A DNA stretch of 64,000 bases from Collinsella aerofaciens (GTDB lineage Bacteria; Actinomycetota; Coriobacteriia; Coriobacteriales; Coriobacteriaceae): NCBI GenBank assembly GCA_036298925.1, contig JAXJIC010000027.1, positions 18,153 through 82,152 on the forward strand, written 5' to 3'. The translations under genes and the position numbers were made by a program. The notes below the pieces were generated by a model, which did no database searches, was not told the DNA's origin, and saw only the letters and a program-made list of their open reading frames with translations. Positions 62,613 to 64,000 of this stretch are shown piece after piece; the first letter of the stretch is position 1, and each line of letters starts with the position of its first letter.

Positions 62613-64000
62613 TTAGTGCCTAAAGTGGCGGGCACCCGTAAAGACCATCGCGATGCCATGCTCATTGCAGGCCTGGATGCTCTCGTCGTCGCGCTTGGAG
62701 CCGCCGGGCTGGATGATGCAGGTCACGCCGTGTGCAGCAAGCACGTCGACGTTGTCGCGGAACGGGAAGAACGCGTCGCTTGCACAGGCAAAGCCACCCT
62801 TCTCCACGCCCTCGCGCTCGCAGAAGTCCTCGGCACGCTCGCAGGCAAGCAGTGCGGAGTCAACGCGGTTAGGCTGACCCGGGCCCATGCCAATGCCGGC
62901 CTTGCCCTTGGAGACCAGGATGGCATTGGACTTAACGCCCTTGCAGACCTTCCAGGCAAACTCGAGCTCGGCCATCTCTGCGTCGGTGGGCTTGCGGTCG
63001 GTGGGGAACGTAAAGGTCGCGGGATCCTCGGTCACGTGGTCGACTTCCTGCACCAGCATGCCGCCGTCAATGGAGCGCAGCTCCACCTGGGCGCCGTGGT
63101 CCACGCCGCCGGTGGCCAGCACGCGCAGGTTGGGACGCTTGGCCATGCGCTCGAGCGCCTCATCGGTATAGCTCGGGGCGATGATGACCTCGACGAACTG
63201 CTTGTTCTGATCGGCAAAGTGCTCAACCAGATCAAAGGGAACCTCGCGGTTGCAGGCGATGATGCCGCCGAAGGCGCTCTTGGGATCGCAGGCAAAAGCG
63301 CGGTCGTAGGCAGCCGTGATGTCCTCGGCAACGGCGGAACCGCAGGGGTTCTGGTGCTTGAGGATTACGCAGGCCGGCTCGTCGAACTCGCGGACCAGGT
63401 TCCAAGCGGCGTCGGCATCCAGATAGTTGTTGTAGCTGAGCGGCTTGCCCTGGATCTGCTTGGAGCCCACGAGCGGGAACTGCGAGCTCGCGGTGTTCTC
63501 GCAGCCCTCGGCAAAGCGATAGACTGTGGCTTTCTGCTGCGGGTTCTCGCCATAGCGCAGGTCGTCGACCTTCTCCAGCGAAATCTCGAGCTTGGCAGAG
63601 GTGTCCGCCACGTCGCTTGCCTGGGCGGCGAGCCAGCGGGAGATGGCCGTGTCGTAGGCGGCGGTGGTCTGGTAGACCTTCACCTGCAGGCGACGACGGG
63701 TGGAAAGCGTGGTGCAGCCACCGGTCTCGTGCATCTCGGCCAGGACGGCATCATAGTCGGCCGGGTCGGAAATGACGGTAACGCTCGTGGCGTTCTTGGC
63801 GGCAGAGCGCAGCATGGAGGGGCCACCGATGTCGATGTGCTCGATGGCGTCCGCGAAGGTGACCTCGGGGTTGGCGACGGTCTTCTCGAACTCGTACAGG
63901 TTGACGACGACCAGGTCGATCAGCTTAATGCCGTGCTGAGCGGCCTCCTGCATGTGCTGCTCGGAATCGCGGCGGGCCAGCAGCGCGCCGTGAACCTTGG
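62613..64000 (-). CDS. purH: Bifunctional AICAR transformylase / IMP cyclohydrolase, 5' end beyond the window
   Basis: [14 protein letters not shown], the AICARFT body and a C-terminal FTGARHFRH. The reading frame stays open to nt 64000. Confidence 0.9.
   Translation of the reverse strand, partial: KVHGALLARRDSEQHMQEAAQHGIKLIDLVVVNLYEFEKTVANPEVTFADAIEHIDIGGPSMLRSAAKNATSVTVISDPADYDAVLAEMHETGGCTTLSTRRRLQVKVYQTTAAYDTAISRWLAAQASDVADTSAKLEISLEKVDDLRYGENPQQKATVYRFAEGCENTASSQFPLVGSKQIQGKPLSYNNYLDADAAWNLVREFDEPACVILKHQNPCGSAVAEDITAAYDRAFACDPKSAFGGIIACNREVPFDLVEHFADQNKQFVEVIIAPSYTDEALERMAKRPNLRVLATGGVDHGAQVELRSIDGGMLVQEVDHVTEDPATFTFPTDRKPTDAEMAELEFAWKVCKGVKSNAILVSKGKAGIGMGPGQPNRVDSALLACERAEDFCEREGVEKGGFACASDAFFPFRDNVDVLAAHGVTCIIQPGGSKRDDESIQACNEHGIAMVFTGARHFRH

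Overview
High-GC, gene-dense bacterial chromosome segment. From gene content it is probably an Actinomycetota/Coriobacteriia-type gut organism, but that is inference only. About 60 CDS and one tRNA-Thr(CGU) are supported. The first third is a carbohydrate-uptake mosaic. It holds a LacI-regulated lacG-lacE lactose-PTS cassette, a DeoR regulator with galM, and lacC with a LacX-like epimerase and yhcH. It also holds nagA-agaS-GntR and a five-gene mannose/GalNAc-type PTS operon containing yajC. The rest is mostly housekeeping: icd, degV, hpf, comF, ricT-holB-tmk, topA, hypAB-tatAC, nhaA, ppaC, glk, a cellobiose-type PTS with GH1, manA, pcrA, uppP, a two-component pair and purH (cut by the window end). 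Three visibly AT-richer insertions interrupt this. (i) 4890-6574 carries a lone AlbA_2/Schlafen-HATPase_c_4-wHTH gene behind a dense TGACACG iteron-like array. (ii) About 19900-22100 holds an 826-bp segment bounded by 19-bp inverted repeats; it carries a signal-peptide mini-gene with an in-frame TGA coupled to a 130-aa orphan, next to a DUF2975-like/mini-HTH pair. (iii) 30229-31593 holds a MITE-like element with about 51-bp inverted repeats next to a DUF559-like gene, inside the usually conserved comF-hpf junction. Other notable points are an orphan EIIB with its catalytic His changed to Tyr, a 44-codon nagA relic, and an EIID with a greatly expanded loop. There is also a beta-hydroxyacid dehydrogenase with a 53-residue His/Cys tail heading a tight four-gene unit, a RicT with a long Arg-rich tail, and several long palindromes. 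No CRISPR array, rRNA, integrase or transposase was seen. All calls rest on reading the translations and the DNA by eye; no searches were run.
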